This document shows, piece after piece, positions 36,896 through 45,694 of a stretch of DNA of 64,000 nt. The stretch covers positions 4,022 to 68,021 of IMG/VR virus record IMGVR_UViG_2974760311_000001, one strand, 5' to 3'. The notes under the pieces are model-generated. The model had not been told where the DNA came from, ran no database searches, and was given only the letters and a program-made list of their open reading frames with translations. Source of the DNA: a virus. Taxonomy: Duplodnaviria; Caudoviricetes. Numbering within the stretch: the first letter of the stretch is position 1; every line of letters starts with the position of its first letter. The position numbers and the translations under genes are program-made.

Positions 36896-37077
36896 GCGGC
36901 TACTACGAGGTCACGGTCAGTTTTTTCAATGACATTGTGCCACGAAAGATTGTGACGATCGCTAAGCCTGAGACCGACCGCAGCAACAACCTGGTCCTGA
37001 AACATCTGGACGGGGACATTGTGTACGCAGCCGGTCGCTGGTCCGGTTACACCGTTAAGGAATACAGGGATGAATAA
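36892..37077 (+). CDS. Hypothetical protein
   Basis: 61 aa, coupled start. Confidence 0.55.
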   Translation: MSGYYEVTVSFFNDIVPRKIVTIAKPETDRSNNLVLKHLDGDIVYAAGRWSGYTVKEYRDE

Positions 37078-37252
37078 GCCGGTCGGCACGGTCGTCATTA
37101 AGCGTTACCCCGAGTTGGGGCCGGATGTGTTCGACGCTTTCGTGATGACTCGTCGCGGGTGGGTTTTGGTCGATCAGACCGCTACCCGCTTTTACCCTAA
37201 CGAGGCTAAGCCGCGCTTGCCAGACAAAAACACTGTGATCATTGAAGGATAG
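37070..37252 (+). CDS. Hypothetical protein
   Basis: 60 aa from ATG 37070. Confidence 0.5.
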   Translation: MNKPVGTVVIKRYPELGPDVFDAFVMTRRGWVLVDQTATRFYPNEAKPRLPDKNTVIIEG

Positions 37253-37303
37253 CGAGGTCCCATTACTGATTATCAAGTAAAGCGGGACTACTGGGACCGT
37301 CCG

Positions 37304-38236
37304 ATGGTTTACCCACCGGACTTTACCGGCCCGCTAACGGGGGAATGGCGTGAAGGGAGAGGGCGTGACGGAAAGCTCAAACGTTGGTGGTACTCCAAAG
37401 ACGCCAAGGGATATGGGCGTGCGTCCGGTGCGGGCAAAGGTCTCGACACCAAAGATGGGCTTATCGACTGGGCGGCCTGTCAAGCCGCAGTTGGCATCCT
37501 CTTGGACGCCTCCGCGCGCTCAGAGGTCGCAACGCTTATCAATGAGTACGACGCCGATCCCTGGTACAAAGGCGACGACGGCGGCACCCGCTCAGGCAAA
37601 GAACGTCTCAAAGCCGCAGTCGAGCAAGCGCGTAACACTGCCGGTCAACACACTGCTGCTTCTGCTGGCACTGAGTTTCATAAGCTCGGTGAGCTTCGCA
37701 ATAAGGGCCAGCAACCGCGCATCGTCCAAGAGCACCTAAAGGAACCGCTCGCCAAGTACGACAAAGCGGTCGAGCCTATCGAGTTCCTTGACCAGGAAAT
37801 GCTCGTGGTTAACGACAAGCTGGAATTGTGCGGTTCGGTGGATTACCTGATGGCGCTGCCTTCGGGGATTACCACTCCGGACGGTGTTCAGCACGATGAG
37901 GAATTGGTTGTGGTTGGCGACCTTAAGACGGGTCGGTGGGACGCTAAGCGTCCAATGTCTGTGACGTGCCAGTTGGCGGCGTATGGCACTGGTCAGCGTT
38001 ATGACCAGGAGACGAATACGCGTTCTCCGCTGCATCCGCAGATAAACACCAAATGGGGATTGATGGTGCATTTCCCCATTATGACTAAGGACCCTGAGGT
38101 CAAGTTTTATTGGGTGGACCTTGAGTTGGGTTTGGAGGCCGCTCTGCTTGGTAAGCAGGTTGAGGCTATGCGTAGGCGATTCAGCTCTAAGGATTCGGAT
38201 TTGAAGGAGTTGGACCTTGGCCGTTATCACTGGTAA
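37304..38236 (+). CDS. PD-(D/E)xK exonuclease (RecE/Cas4-like)
   Basis: GTEFH, LCGSVDYL, VGDLKTG, QLAAY motifs; upstream of ERF-like gene. Confidence 0.85.
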   Translation: MVYPPDFTGPLTGEWREGRGRDGKLKRWWYSKDAKGYGRASGAGKGLDTKDGLIDWAACQAAVGILLDASARSEVATLINEYDADPWYKGDDGGTRSGKERLKAAVEQARNTAGQHTAASAGTEFHKLGELRNKGQQPRIVQEHLKEPLAKYDKAVEPIEFLDQEMLVVNDKLELCGSVDYLMALPSGITTPDGVQHDEELVVVGDLKTGRWDAKRPMSVTCQLAAYGTGQRYDQETNTRSPLHPQINTKWGLMVHFPIMTKDPEVKFYWVDLELGLEAALLGKQVEAMRRRFSSKDSDLKELDLGRYHW

Positions 38237-38564
38237 TCGGAAGGGCGCTAAGGCTCGTCGGACTGATCCGGCTACGAGTCATGCGGCTGCCGCGTCGATT
38301 AATCCGAAAAAGCTGCGCCAGTCGCAACAGGCGATCTTGAAGGTGATGGGCCGTTTCCGCAACGGCGCTACCGATCAGGACATTGCGCGTTACTACGGCT
38401 TCTCGGGTTGGGCTGAGACGCTGCCGCAGTCACCGTCCGGTCTGCGTACCCGCCGTGCGGAGCTGGTGGACCTGGGCCTGGTGGTCGATTCGGGAGAGCG
38501 TAAGCGCCTGCCGAGTGGGCGTAAGGCAATTGTTTGGGCGAAAGCTAAGAACGGAGCTAAGTGA
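38217..38564 (+). CDS. Winged-HTH DNA-binding protein
   Basis: ARRTDPATSHAAA..GATDQDIA..SGLRTRRAELVDLGLVVDSG..SGRKAIVW. Confidence 0.7.
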   Translation: MAVITGNRKGAKARRTDPATSHAAAASINPKKLRQSQQAILKVMGRFRNGATDQDIARYYGFSGWAETLPQSPSGLRTRRAELVDLGLVVDSGERKRLPSGRKAIVWAKAKNGAK

Positions 38565-39322
38565 CAGCCACGAAAGCTGAACTGGAAGCGGCGCTCGCGG
38601 AAGCGGACGCCAAAATCGAAGTCCTCGAAGAGGAGCTGAAGAACGCTCCTAGGTGGGATAAGCGCGACGACGAGCCGCCTACGGTTTATGAGGCGTGGAA
38701 TCGTGTCATGCGGGATGTGCAGTTCATCTCTAAGAACTCGCGCAACCAGCAACAGGGATTCAACTTCCGTGGCATTGACGCGGTGATGAACGCGGTTGGC
38801 CCGGTGCTCCGCGAGCATGGCGTGATCGTCGTTCCGATGGTTGAGCACCACGAGGTTGAGCGGTACGAGTCCAAGAGCAAAGCCCTCATGGCTAACCGGG
38901 TTGTTCGGATGAGCTTTGAGGTCTTCGGGCCTGCCGGTGACTCGTTCGTTGGTTCGGTGTACGGCGAGGCTGCCGATTCGGGCGATAAGGCGATGACTAA
39001 GGCCGAGTCAGTTGCGCTTAGGACGTTCCTCCTGCAATCGCTGATGCTGCCGACCGATGAGCCTGACCCCGACGCTAGCTCGCATGAGCGGGCTACCGGG
39101 GGCCAGGCCGCGCCCGCCGCGCCCCCGGCTCCGGTGGGCAACGCGGATTCGGTTGCGGAGCGCGACAAGCTGCGCACATTGGCGATGGAAAAAGATTGGG
39201 ACTTGAACGCCATCGCCAACACCTTCGCTAAGCACAACGCTAACAAGGCGCTTAAGGACGCTAGCGCTGAAGAGGTTAAGGCGTTCCGGCTGCTTCTCGA
39301 AGAGGGGATGGTGACTCTCTAA
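38561..39322 (+). CDS. erf: ERF-family ssDNA annealing protein
   Basis: RNQQQGFNFRGIDAVMNAV.PVL.EHG; GEAADSGDKAMTKAESVALRTFL. Confidence 0.85.
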   Translation: MTATKAELEAALAEADAKIEVLEEELKNAPRWDKRDDEPPTVYEAWNRVMRDVQFISKNSRNQQQGFNFRGIDAVMNAVGPVLREHGVIVVPMVEHHEVERYESKSKALMANRVVRMSFEVFGPAGDSFVGSVYGEAADSGDKAMTKAESVALRTFLLQSLMLPTDEPDPDASSHERATGGQAAPAAPPAPVGNADSVAERDKLRTLAMEKDWDLNAIANTFAKHNANKALKDASAEEVKAFRLLLEEGMVTL

Positions 39323-39459
39323 TGCCGCCTCCTGTTAAGGAGTGTGAGCATCGGTTTGTCGATAAGGTGATTGACGCCACTAAAGGGTGGTCGCAATTCA
39401 TCTACGTGATTATTTACTGCCAGAAGTGCGGCAAGGTCTCACATAAGGGGTATGTCTGA
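39322..39459 (+). CDS. Small Zn-finger-like protein
   Basis: 45 aa read manually: CEHRF..YCQKCGK. Confidence 0.5.
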   Translation: MPPPVKECEHRFVDKVIDATKGWSQFIYVIIYCQKCGKVSHKGYV

Positions 39460-39650
39460 TGCGTGGCATGTCTATTCCGTGCGATACGTGCGGGACTAAC
39501 GAGGCGCAGGTCGCCGTGGGCCTTTTGGACCCTCGGTTGGTCTGCAATACCTGCCTCGAATGGGGTGACCATCGGCGCTGGTGGAATAAGCTGCCGCGCC
39601 AGCTCATCTCCAAGCCGTCGCCGGGGCCTCGCTTTGCGCTAGCCGGTTAA
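39459..39650 (+). CDS. Small CxxC..CxxC protein
   Basis: CDTCG..CNTC. Confidence 0.5.
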   Translation: MRGMSIPCDTCGTNEAQVAVGLLDPRLVCNTCLEWGDHRRWWNKLPRQLISKPSPGPRFALAG

Positions 39651-39664
39651 GGTTAGGGGCCTAA

Positions 39665-40033
39665 TTGAGCGATACCTACGAGTACAACCCTATCTCGGTT
39701 GAGAAAGAAATCTTGACCACGGTCAATGAGATTTCTCAGGGGGTTATCTCGGCTCGGGAAGCGCACGAGCAGAAACTAAAGACGGAGCGCGAATACAAGC
39801 GCGCTTACGCTCGTGCGTTTATGGCACATAAGGGTCCGCAGACTGAGAAAAAGGTCGCGGCCAATATCGTGCCGGAAGTTATGGACGCTGAGGATCAGCG
39901 TGACGCGTGGGCGGTCGCATATGAGTACGCGAAAGACAACAACCGGGCTTTGAGCGCGAAGCTTGACGCTATCCGGTCTGTGGGCGCTTCTGTGCGCCAG
40001 GCGTACGCGAACGCAGGCAGGGGTGAATGGTGA
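39665..40033 (+). CDS. Helical protein, possibly UvsY-like recombination mediator
   Basis: All-helical 122 aa in the recombination module; weak resemblance only. Confidence 0.45.
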   Translation: MSDTYEYNPISVEKEILTTVNEISQGVISAREAHEQKLKTEREYKRAYARAFMAHKGPQTEKKVAANIVPEVMDAEDQRDAWAVAYEYAKDNNRALSAKLDAIRSVGASVRQAYANAGRGEW

Positions 40034-40263
40034 AAAAGATATTTGCGGCCCTGGTCGCGTTCTGGATGGTGGTCGGTGGCGTTGTTGTCGTCGTCGTCAC
40101 CGCCAGGGCCGAGACGGGGCCTCACCCGGTTTATGACCAGGTGTGCATGAACCCGGCGTTTGGCAAGACCGGCGTCGGGATGAGCAAGCGGGCCGATAAG
40201 TGTGACTCGGCGGTTCATCCGTCCGGTTATGGCACTGGCCCTGATGAACCGGAAGAGCCATAA
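40027..40263 (+). CDS. Small secreted/membrane protein
   Basis: Signal-like N-terminus, two Cys. Confidence 0.55.
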   Translation: MVKKIFAALVAFWMVVGGVVVVVVTARAETGPHPVYDQVCMNPAFGKTGVGMSKRADKCDSAVHPSGYGTGPDEPEEP

Positions 40264-40628
40264 ACGAGCGCCGGTGCCGGGAGATTCTGCGAGTCCGCTC
40301 TGGGGGCTCCTGTGAGCGCTGTACCCGGTGGGGAAGGCTAACCCTCCACCACCGCTTAAAACGCTCTCAGGGCGGCTTGTGGACCCCCGATAACTGCGTC
40401 CTGCTATGCGGGCACGGCACCGCAGGGTGCCACGGGTGGATTGAGCACCACCCACAGCGGGCGGAGGCCGAGGGCTGGCATGTGCGGCCCTGGCAGTACC
40501 CCGCAGAGGTATCGGTCCTTTACCGGGGCAACGAATGGTCACTGTTGACGACGGAGGGCACGCGTGAGCGACTTCGGGAAAATCCACAAAGGTTTCCACC
40601 GGCACCGGAAGGTGGGCCAGTGCAGTAA
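40260..40628 (+). CDS. HNH endonuclease with ATA (non-canonical or mutated) start
   Basis: Frame upstream of the TTG-called ORF reads INERRCREIL..CERC..LHHRLKRSQGG..NCVLLC..CH; no ATG/GTG/TTG before CERC. Confidence 0.7.
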   Translation: MNERRCREILRVRSGGSCERCTRWGRLTLHHRLKRSQGGLWTPDNCVLLCGHGTAGCHGWIEHHPQRAEAEGWHVRPWQYPAEVSVLYRGNEWSLLTTEGTRERLRENPQRFPPAPEGGPVQ

Positions 40629-41241
40629 CGGGGCTATCGGACTCTGGGCTAAGGCGAACTCGTGGTGCCGCGATAACCGCTCCGCTGGCGTGATCCCCCT
40701 CGATGACGTGCTCCGCTTGGGTACCCGCGAGGAAGCCGACGAGCTGGTCGCCGCTGGCCTGTGGGTCAAAGCTAAGCGCGGTGACCTGCCCGTCGCGGTG
40801 TTTAAGGACTACGAGCAGTGGAATGACGACGTAGAGCCTGACACTGAAGCGGGCAACATGGTCCGCAAGATCATTCCGGAATCCCACCCGGTTGCCATCC
40901 GGAAACAGCTCGTCCGTAAGACGGGCGAATTGCTGCGCGAAGGCATTGAGCCGGAAATCATGGAGCGGGCGCTTAATCTGTGGCTCGCTAAAGAGTTCGG
41001 CCCGAATATCCTGCCTAACCTCGTTAGTGAGGCGCAAAAAGAGGCACGTCGCGCGGCCACGCTCCGGAACACGATCAATGAGTGCCTTAAGACGGGGCAG
41101 GTAAGTCCGCTTAAGGCTTACGGTCACGTTTTCACGCCACCAATTCCCCCTGACGGCTTGTCCCTTGATGAGCGCCGCAGCTTCTACGACGAAGAAAAGA
41201 AACGGTGGCTACTTGGACTTCGGGAAAGGGTAGCGGCTTGA
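40564..41241 (+). CDS. Putative replication initiator / helicase loader
   Basis: KIHKGFHRHRK..AIGLW..A.SW..DN..G..P..L..AGLW N-terminus typical of actinophage rep-like proteins; precedes DnaB. Confidence 0.6.
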   Translation: MSDFGKIHKGFHRHRKVGQCSNGAIGLWAKANSWCRDNRSAGVIPLDDVLRLGTREEADELVAAGLWVKAKRGDLPVAVFKDYEQWNDDVEPDTEAGNMVRKIIPESHPVAIRKQLVRKTGELLREGIEPEIMERALNLWLAKEFGPNILPNLVSEAQKEARRAATLRNTINECLKTGQVSPLKAYGHVFTPPIPPDGLSLDERRSFYDEEKKRWLLGLRERVAA

Positions 41242-42503
41242 CGGAGGCTCAGCCCCCACAAGATGAACTCGCAGAGCAGTGCGTAATCGGCTCTGCGTTG
41301 ATGTCTAAGCAGGCGTGTAACACGCTTGCGACGATGCTCACGGCTGACGACTTTTACCGGCCTATTCACGGCGAGATTTGGTTGGCGGCGATGGCTCTCC
41401 TGTCGGAGGGGGAGCCGGTCGACGCGATGACCGTCGCTAAGGAACTTGAGCGGCGCGAACAGCTTCACCGCGTCGGCGGGGCCGGGTACCTGTTGACGTG
41501 CATCGAGAACACGCCGTCAGCGACGAACCATGAGACGTACGGTCGCATGGTCCTCGACAAGGCCAAGCTGCGCGGACTGGCGGTGCTGGGCGACCAGCTT
41601 AAGCAGCTAGCATTCGCCCCGGCCTCGACGAGCGAGGACGTTACTAAGCTCCTAGAGCAGGGCGAGGCGTTCTTCCGTGACCAGCACGAGGCCGACGAGA
41701 AGGCGATGGACTTCGCCAAGATGGCCGAGTCTTGGGAGACCTGGCAGGCGTCAGAAGAGGGCTACATCAAGACGCCGTGGCCCGCGCTTAACAAGATGCT
41801 CAACGGCGGCTTGCAGCGGGGGCGGCTCTACACGATTGGCGCGCGGCCAGGTGGCGGTAAGAGCATCGTCGCCTTGCAGTTGGCGACTAACGCGGCGTTC
41901 TGGGGTTTCCCGGCTGTGTACTTCACGCTGGAAATGTCCACCGATGAAGTGATGTCCCGCATGGTGTCAGCCGGGTCGAATGTCGACTTCGGCAAGATCA
42001 TGCGCAAAGAGGTCGACCTTGAGGACCGCAAGAAAATCGACAACTACATGAACCTGCATAGCGATATGCCGATTCAGGTTATTGACCGGCCACGCATTAA
42101 CACTGAGCAGATCGTTGCTCATTGCCGCGCGGTCGGAAAGCTCGATGTCCTGGTGGTCGACTATCTGCAATTGATTGACCCGTCCGATAAGCGGTTGTCC
42201 CGCGAACAGCAGGTGGCTCACATGTCACGCGCGCTAAAGATTGCCGCTAAGGAGCTTAACGTGGCGGTGGTTGCGTGTTCGCAGTTGAACCGTGGCCCGC
42301 TTAAGGACGGGAAAATGCGCGCTCCGACGATTGGCGATCTGCGCGAGTCGGGCGCGGTTGAACAGGACAGTGATGTGGTTCTTTTGCTGCATCGAGACGA
42401 AGACGATCCAGCGGCGATCCAGTTCATTGTTGGTAAGAACCGTAACGGGACGATGGGGGACCTTGCTTTCAACTTCGAGGGGCACTACCAGCGAATCACT
42501 TAA
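41205..42503 (+). CDS. dnaB: DnaB-like replicative helicase
   Basis: PPQDELAEQCVIGS, GARPGGGKS, LEMS, VVDYLQL, SQLNR, DLRESGAVEQDSD, KNRNG. Start may be TTG 41238. Confidence 0.95.
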   Translation: MATWTSGKGSGLTEAQPPQDELAEQCVIGSALMSKQACNTLATMLTADDFYRPIHGEIWLAAMALLSEGEPVDAMTVAKELERREQLHRVGGAGYLLTCIENTPSATNHETYGRMVLDKAKLRGLAVLGDQLKQLAFAPASTSEDVTKLLEQGEAFFRDQHEADEKAMDFAKMAESWETWQASEEGYIKTPWPALNKMLNGGLQRGRLYTIGARPGGGKSIVALQLATNAAFWGFPAVYFTLEMSTDEVMSRMVSAGSNVDFGKIMRKEVDLEDRKKIDNYMNLHSDMPIQVIDRPRINTEQIVAHCRAVGKLDVLVVDYLQLIDPSDKRLSREQQVAHMSRALKIAAKELNVAVVACSQLNRGPLKDGKMRAPTIGDLRESGAVEQDSDVVLLLHRDEDDPAAIQFIVGKNRNGTMGDLAFNFEGHYQRIT

Positions 42504-42510
42504 GGACTTG

Positions 42511-42735
42511 ATGGAGGGCAAGCCGGTCCACTGGACTGAGGAGGCCGCGTGCCAGGGCGATACCCGGTACACGGGCCGGATGGAATCGCTCACCTTTGAT
42601 GACCTTAGTGAGATGACTGTCACGTGCGCTAGGTGCCCGGTGGTTAGGGAATGCGCCGACTGGGCTAAACGTGAACAAGTAATCGAAGTATTCGCGGCGG
42701 GATATTGGAGGCTTCCGCGTGACAATTCAGCATAA
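42511..42735 (+). CDS. whiB: WhiB-like protein
   Basis: W..EAACQG..CARCPVVREC..WA (divergent). Confidence 0.65.
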   Translation: MEGKPVHWTEEAACQGDTRYTGRMESLTFDDLSEMTVTCARCPVVRECADWAKREQVIEVFAAGYWRLPRDNSA

Positions 42736-42901
42736 GGAAACGCTAGTCCTATCTGAGCCGATTCGGCTTGGGGACGTGGAGCAGTTCGTGGAGATGGCTA
42801 AAGCCAAGGGTCATAAAGCCGACGAACAGCTTAGCGCCCACATTTTTCATCCTAACGGCAGTGGCTACAAGATCGAGCTGAGGTTGGGGGACAAATGGTA
42901 G
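42719..42901 (+). CDS. Hypothetical protein
   Basis: 60 aa. Confidence 0.5.
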   Translation: MTIQHKETLVLSEPIRLGDVEQFVEMAKAKGHKADEQLSAHIFHPNGSGYKIELRLGDKW

Positions 42902-43022
42902 ATCCCGATGAGGACTACGAGAACCCGATAGGTGAAGTGCTAGACGAGGACACCGTTAGCGACCTTGCCAGGGCGCATCTCGCTTATTCATTGCTCGGCA
43001 TTCTGAGGATGGGACCGAATTC

Positions 43023-43874
43023 ATGGCCGTTTATCTGAGGGCTTACCGGCCTTCTACTGGGCTTCTGCGTAATGCGGCTAAGCCGTTCAGATTCCCTGGC
43101 GGGGAGGTTCACCTACAGGACATCTTGCCCGAGGACGCCGGTCGCATGGTGTACGTCGCTGACGTGCGCGGCGCGGACCTTGAAGAGCTTATGGCGGCGG
43201 CGATGTGGGCCGATGTGGCGCACGACCGGGAAATGCAGTTCGTGCTAATGGTCCCGTACCTGCCCGCTGCGCGCGCTGACCGGGGCGAGCCGTGCGGCAA
43301 GTACGTGTACGCCAAGTTCATCGAGACGATGGGCGCTGACCTGGTGCTCACGATTGACCAGCATTCCAAGGCTGGCGAGCAGTGGTTTAGCAACCTGGTG
43401 GACCTCGACCCGCTGCCGCTTCTGGACCGGGCGCTTGAGAGCCAGGCTCACTGGCGGTACGACGCGATCATTGCGCCGGATAAGGGCGCTAAGAACCGGG
43501 CTGAGGCGGTCGCTAAGCATTACGGGCTGGACCTAGTGGTCTGCGATAAGCAGCGCGATTTCGCTACTGGGAAGATCACCGGCTACAAGGTGCCGCCGCT
43601 GCCGAGTTCGGGCAAGTACCTGGTGGTCGATGACATTTGCGATGGCGGCTGGACGTTTACCCGGCTGGCTAGCGACTCGTTTATTCCTAGGGACCACCTG
43701 GACCTGTGGGTGACGCACGGGATTTTCTCGGGCGCGGCCACGAATCTCCGGAATTACTACGGGCGAATCATGACTACCGACTCCCATCCCGGTCATAACC
43801 GCAATGGTGTCTCTACGTCGATTGTCCCGGTCTTCACTTATCTATACAACGAAATGGTTAAGGGGCTTAAGTGA
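43023..43874 (+). CDS. Ribose-phosphate pyrophosphokinase-like protein (Prs/Adps-like)
   Basis: FRFPGGEVH, PYLPAARADR, IDQHS, IAPDKGA, LVVDDICDGGWTF. Confidence 0.9.
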   Translation: MAVYLRAYRPSTGLLRNAAKPFRFPGGEVHLQDILPEDAGRMVYVADVRGADLEELMAAAMWADVAHDREMQFVLMVPYLPAARADRGEPCGKYVYAKFIETMGADLVLTIDQHSKAGEQWFSNLVDLDPLPLLDRALESQAHWRYDAIIAPDKGAKNRAEAVAKHYGLDLVVCDKQRDFATGKITGYKVPPLPSSGKYLVVDDICDGGWTFTRLASDSFIPRDHLDLWVTHGIFSGAATNLRNYYGRIMTTDSHPGHNRNGVSTSIVPVFTYLYNEMVKGLK

Positions 43875-45346
43875 GCACTAAGTTCGCGCCTGTTGCGCCG
43901 CTTTTTGAGACCGACGCTTACAAGCTGGGCCACATCCAGCAGTACGCGGTTAGCGGCCCGGTCACGCAGGTCTACTCGAACTACACGAACCGCAAGAGCC
44001 GGATTCCTGGCGTCGACAAGGTTGTTCACTTCGGGCTTCAGGCGTACATCCAGAAGCACCTGATGGACGCCTGGAAGCCGTTTTTCGAGGCCGATGAGGG
44101 CTTGGTAGCGGAGCTGTACGAAGAGCGCGTGACGGCGATTCTGGGGCCGAACACGATTGGCTCCGGTCACATCCGCAAGCTGCACCGGCTGGGGTACCTG
44201 CCGCTGCGGTTCTGCGCGGTCCCTGAGGGCACGTTGGTGCCTATCGGGGTGCCTAGCTTCACCGTCGAGAACACGAAGCCCGAGTTCTACTGGCTGACCA
44301 ACTACATCGAGACCGGCCTTAGCGCTGGGGTGTGGCAGGCCAGCACGTCTGCGACCATCGCTAAGCAGTACCGGCGCGTGCTCGACGAGGCCGCGGCCTT
44401 AACTGGTGGCGACAAGGCGTTTGTCGATTGGCAGTGCCACGACTTCTCGTACCGGGGCATGTCCAGCCACGAGACGGCGGCAGCTTCCGGCGCGGCGCAC
44501 CTGCTTAGCTTCACTGGCACGGATTCGCTTGTGTCGCTTGACTGGATCGACCGTTACTACGGCGGCGAGTACATCGCCGGGTCGGTGCCCGCGACTGAGC
44601 ATTCGGTGATGTGTACCGGCATCGAGACGGTGGGGGAGCTTGAGACGTTCCGGCGTCTGCTCACCCTGTATCCGGAAGGCATCGTAAGCATCGTTAGCGA
44701 CACGTTCGACCTGTGGCGGGTGCTCACGGAGTACCTGCCGACGCTGGCGAAGCAGATCAAGTCGCGTGACGGCAAGCTGGTGATCCGGCCCGACTCGGGC
44801 GATCCGGAGACCATCATTTGCGGTGACCCGACGAAGCCTTACGGCTCGCCTGAGGGCATGGGTGTGCTCAACCTGCTCTATGACCACTTCGGCGGCGTCA
44901 GGAACGCTGAGGGCTACATCGAGCTGGACCCGCATGTCGGTGTGATTTACGGCGATTCGATCACGATTGAGCGCGCTAAGCAGATCACCGACCGTATGCG
45001 GTCGCTCGGGTACGCGTCGACAAACGTGGTGTTCGGTGTCGGCTCTTACACGTATCAGCACAACACGCGTGACACGTTCGGGTCCGCGATGAAGGCGACG
45101 TGGGTAAAGGTCGGCGCGAAGGAATACAACCTCCTGAAGAACCCGGTGACGGACGACGGGACAAAGAAGTCCGCGACGGGGCGGCTGGCGGTTCTGCGCA
45201 ACCTGCATGGCGAGCTGGTGCTGAAGCAGAACGCGACTCCTGAAGAGGAACGCGCCAGCGAGTTGGTTCCGATCTGGCAGAACGGCACATTTTTGCGGAA
45301 GCAGACGTTCCCCGAGGTCAGGGAAGTTTTGGCGAGTAGCCAATAG
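43871..45346 (+). CDS. Nicotinamide phosphoribosyltransferase-like protein (Nampt/Namat-like)
   Basis: TDAYKLGH, HDFSYRG, ATEHSVMC, VSDTFD, IRPDSGDP, IYGDSIT, FGVGSYTY, KKSATG. Confidence 0.92.
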   Translation: MSTKFAPVAPLFETDAYKLGHIQQYAVSGPVTQVYSNYTNRKSRIPGVDKVVHFGLQAYIQKHLMDAWKPFFEADEGLVAELYEERVTAILGPNTIGSGHIRKLHRLGYLPLRFCAVPEGTLVPIGVPSFTVENTKPEFYWLTNYIETGLSAGVWQASTSATIAKQYRRVLDEAAALTGGDKAFVDWQCHDFSYRGMSSHETAAASGAAHLLSFTGTDSLVSLDWIDRYYGGEYIAGSVPATEHSVMCTGIETVGELETFRRLLTLYPEGIVSIVSDTFDLWRVLTEYLPTLAKQIKSRDGKLVIRPDSGDPETIICGDPTKPYGSPEGMGVLNLLYDHFGGVRNAEGYIELDPHVGVIYGDSITIERAKQITDRMRSLGYASTNVVFGVGSYTYQHNTRDTFGSAMKATWVKVGAKEYNLLKNPVTDDGTKKSATGRLAVLRNLHGELVLKQNATPEEERASELVPIWQNGTFLRKQTFPEVREVLASSQ

Positions 45347-45365
45347 AGACGGGTCGAGGCAAAAG

Positions 45366-45383
45366 TGTCCGACTTTTCGGACA
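45366..45383. promoter_or_regulatory. Second perfect copy of the repressor-type operator
   Basis: TGTCCGACTTTTCGGACA is the exact reverse complement of 28964-28981. Confidence 0.8.
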
Positions 45384-45445
45384 TTTTGGCCTTCTGACCG
45401 GATACATGTGCTGTACTTGAGGGGCAGCACCACAGAGAGGAAAAC

Positions 45446-45694
45446 ATGGCAACCACGCCGAAGATCGAGTCCCTTCCCATCACCATTGACAACAACCCCG
45501 AAACCGAGACGGTCACGCTGACCATCCCGTTCGAGGCGGCGTTGCTGGTGCGCGAGGCCATCATGGGCCTTGCGACCGAGCTGGTGAGCGATAACACGTT
45601 CCACGAGAACGAAAAGCTGTCGCTCGTTTCGAGCACCGCCGCGATCAACCTGGGCACCCTGTATCACGCGATGGGTAAAGCCGGTATCCAGTGA
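45446..45694 (+). CDS. Hypothetical protein
   Basis: 82 aa, GAGAGGA RBS. Confidence 0.6.
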   Translation: MATTPKIESLPITIDNNPETETVTLTIPFEAALLVREAIMGLATELVSDNTFHENEKLSLVSSTAAINLGTLYHAMGKAGIQ

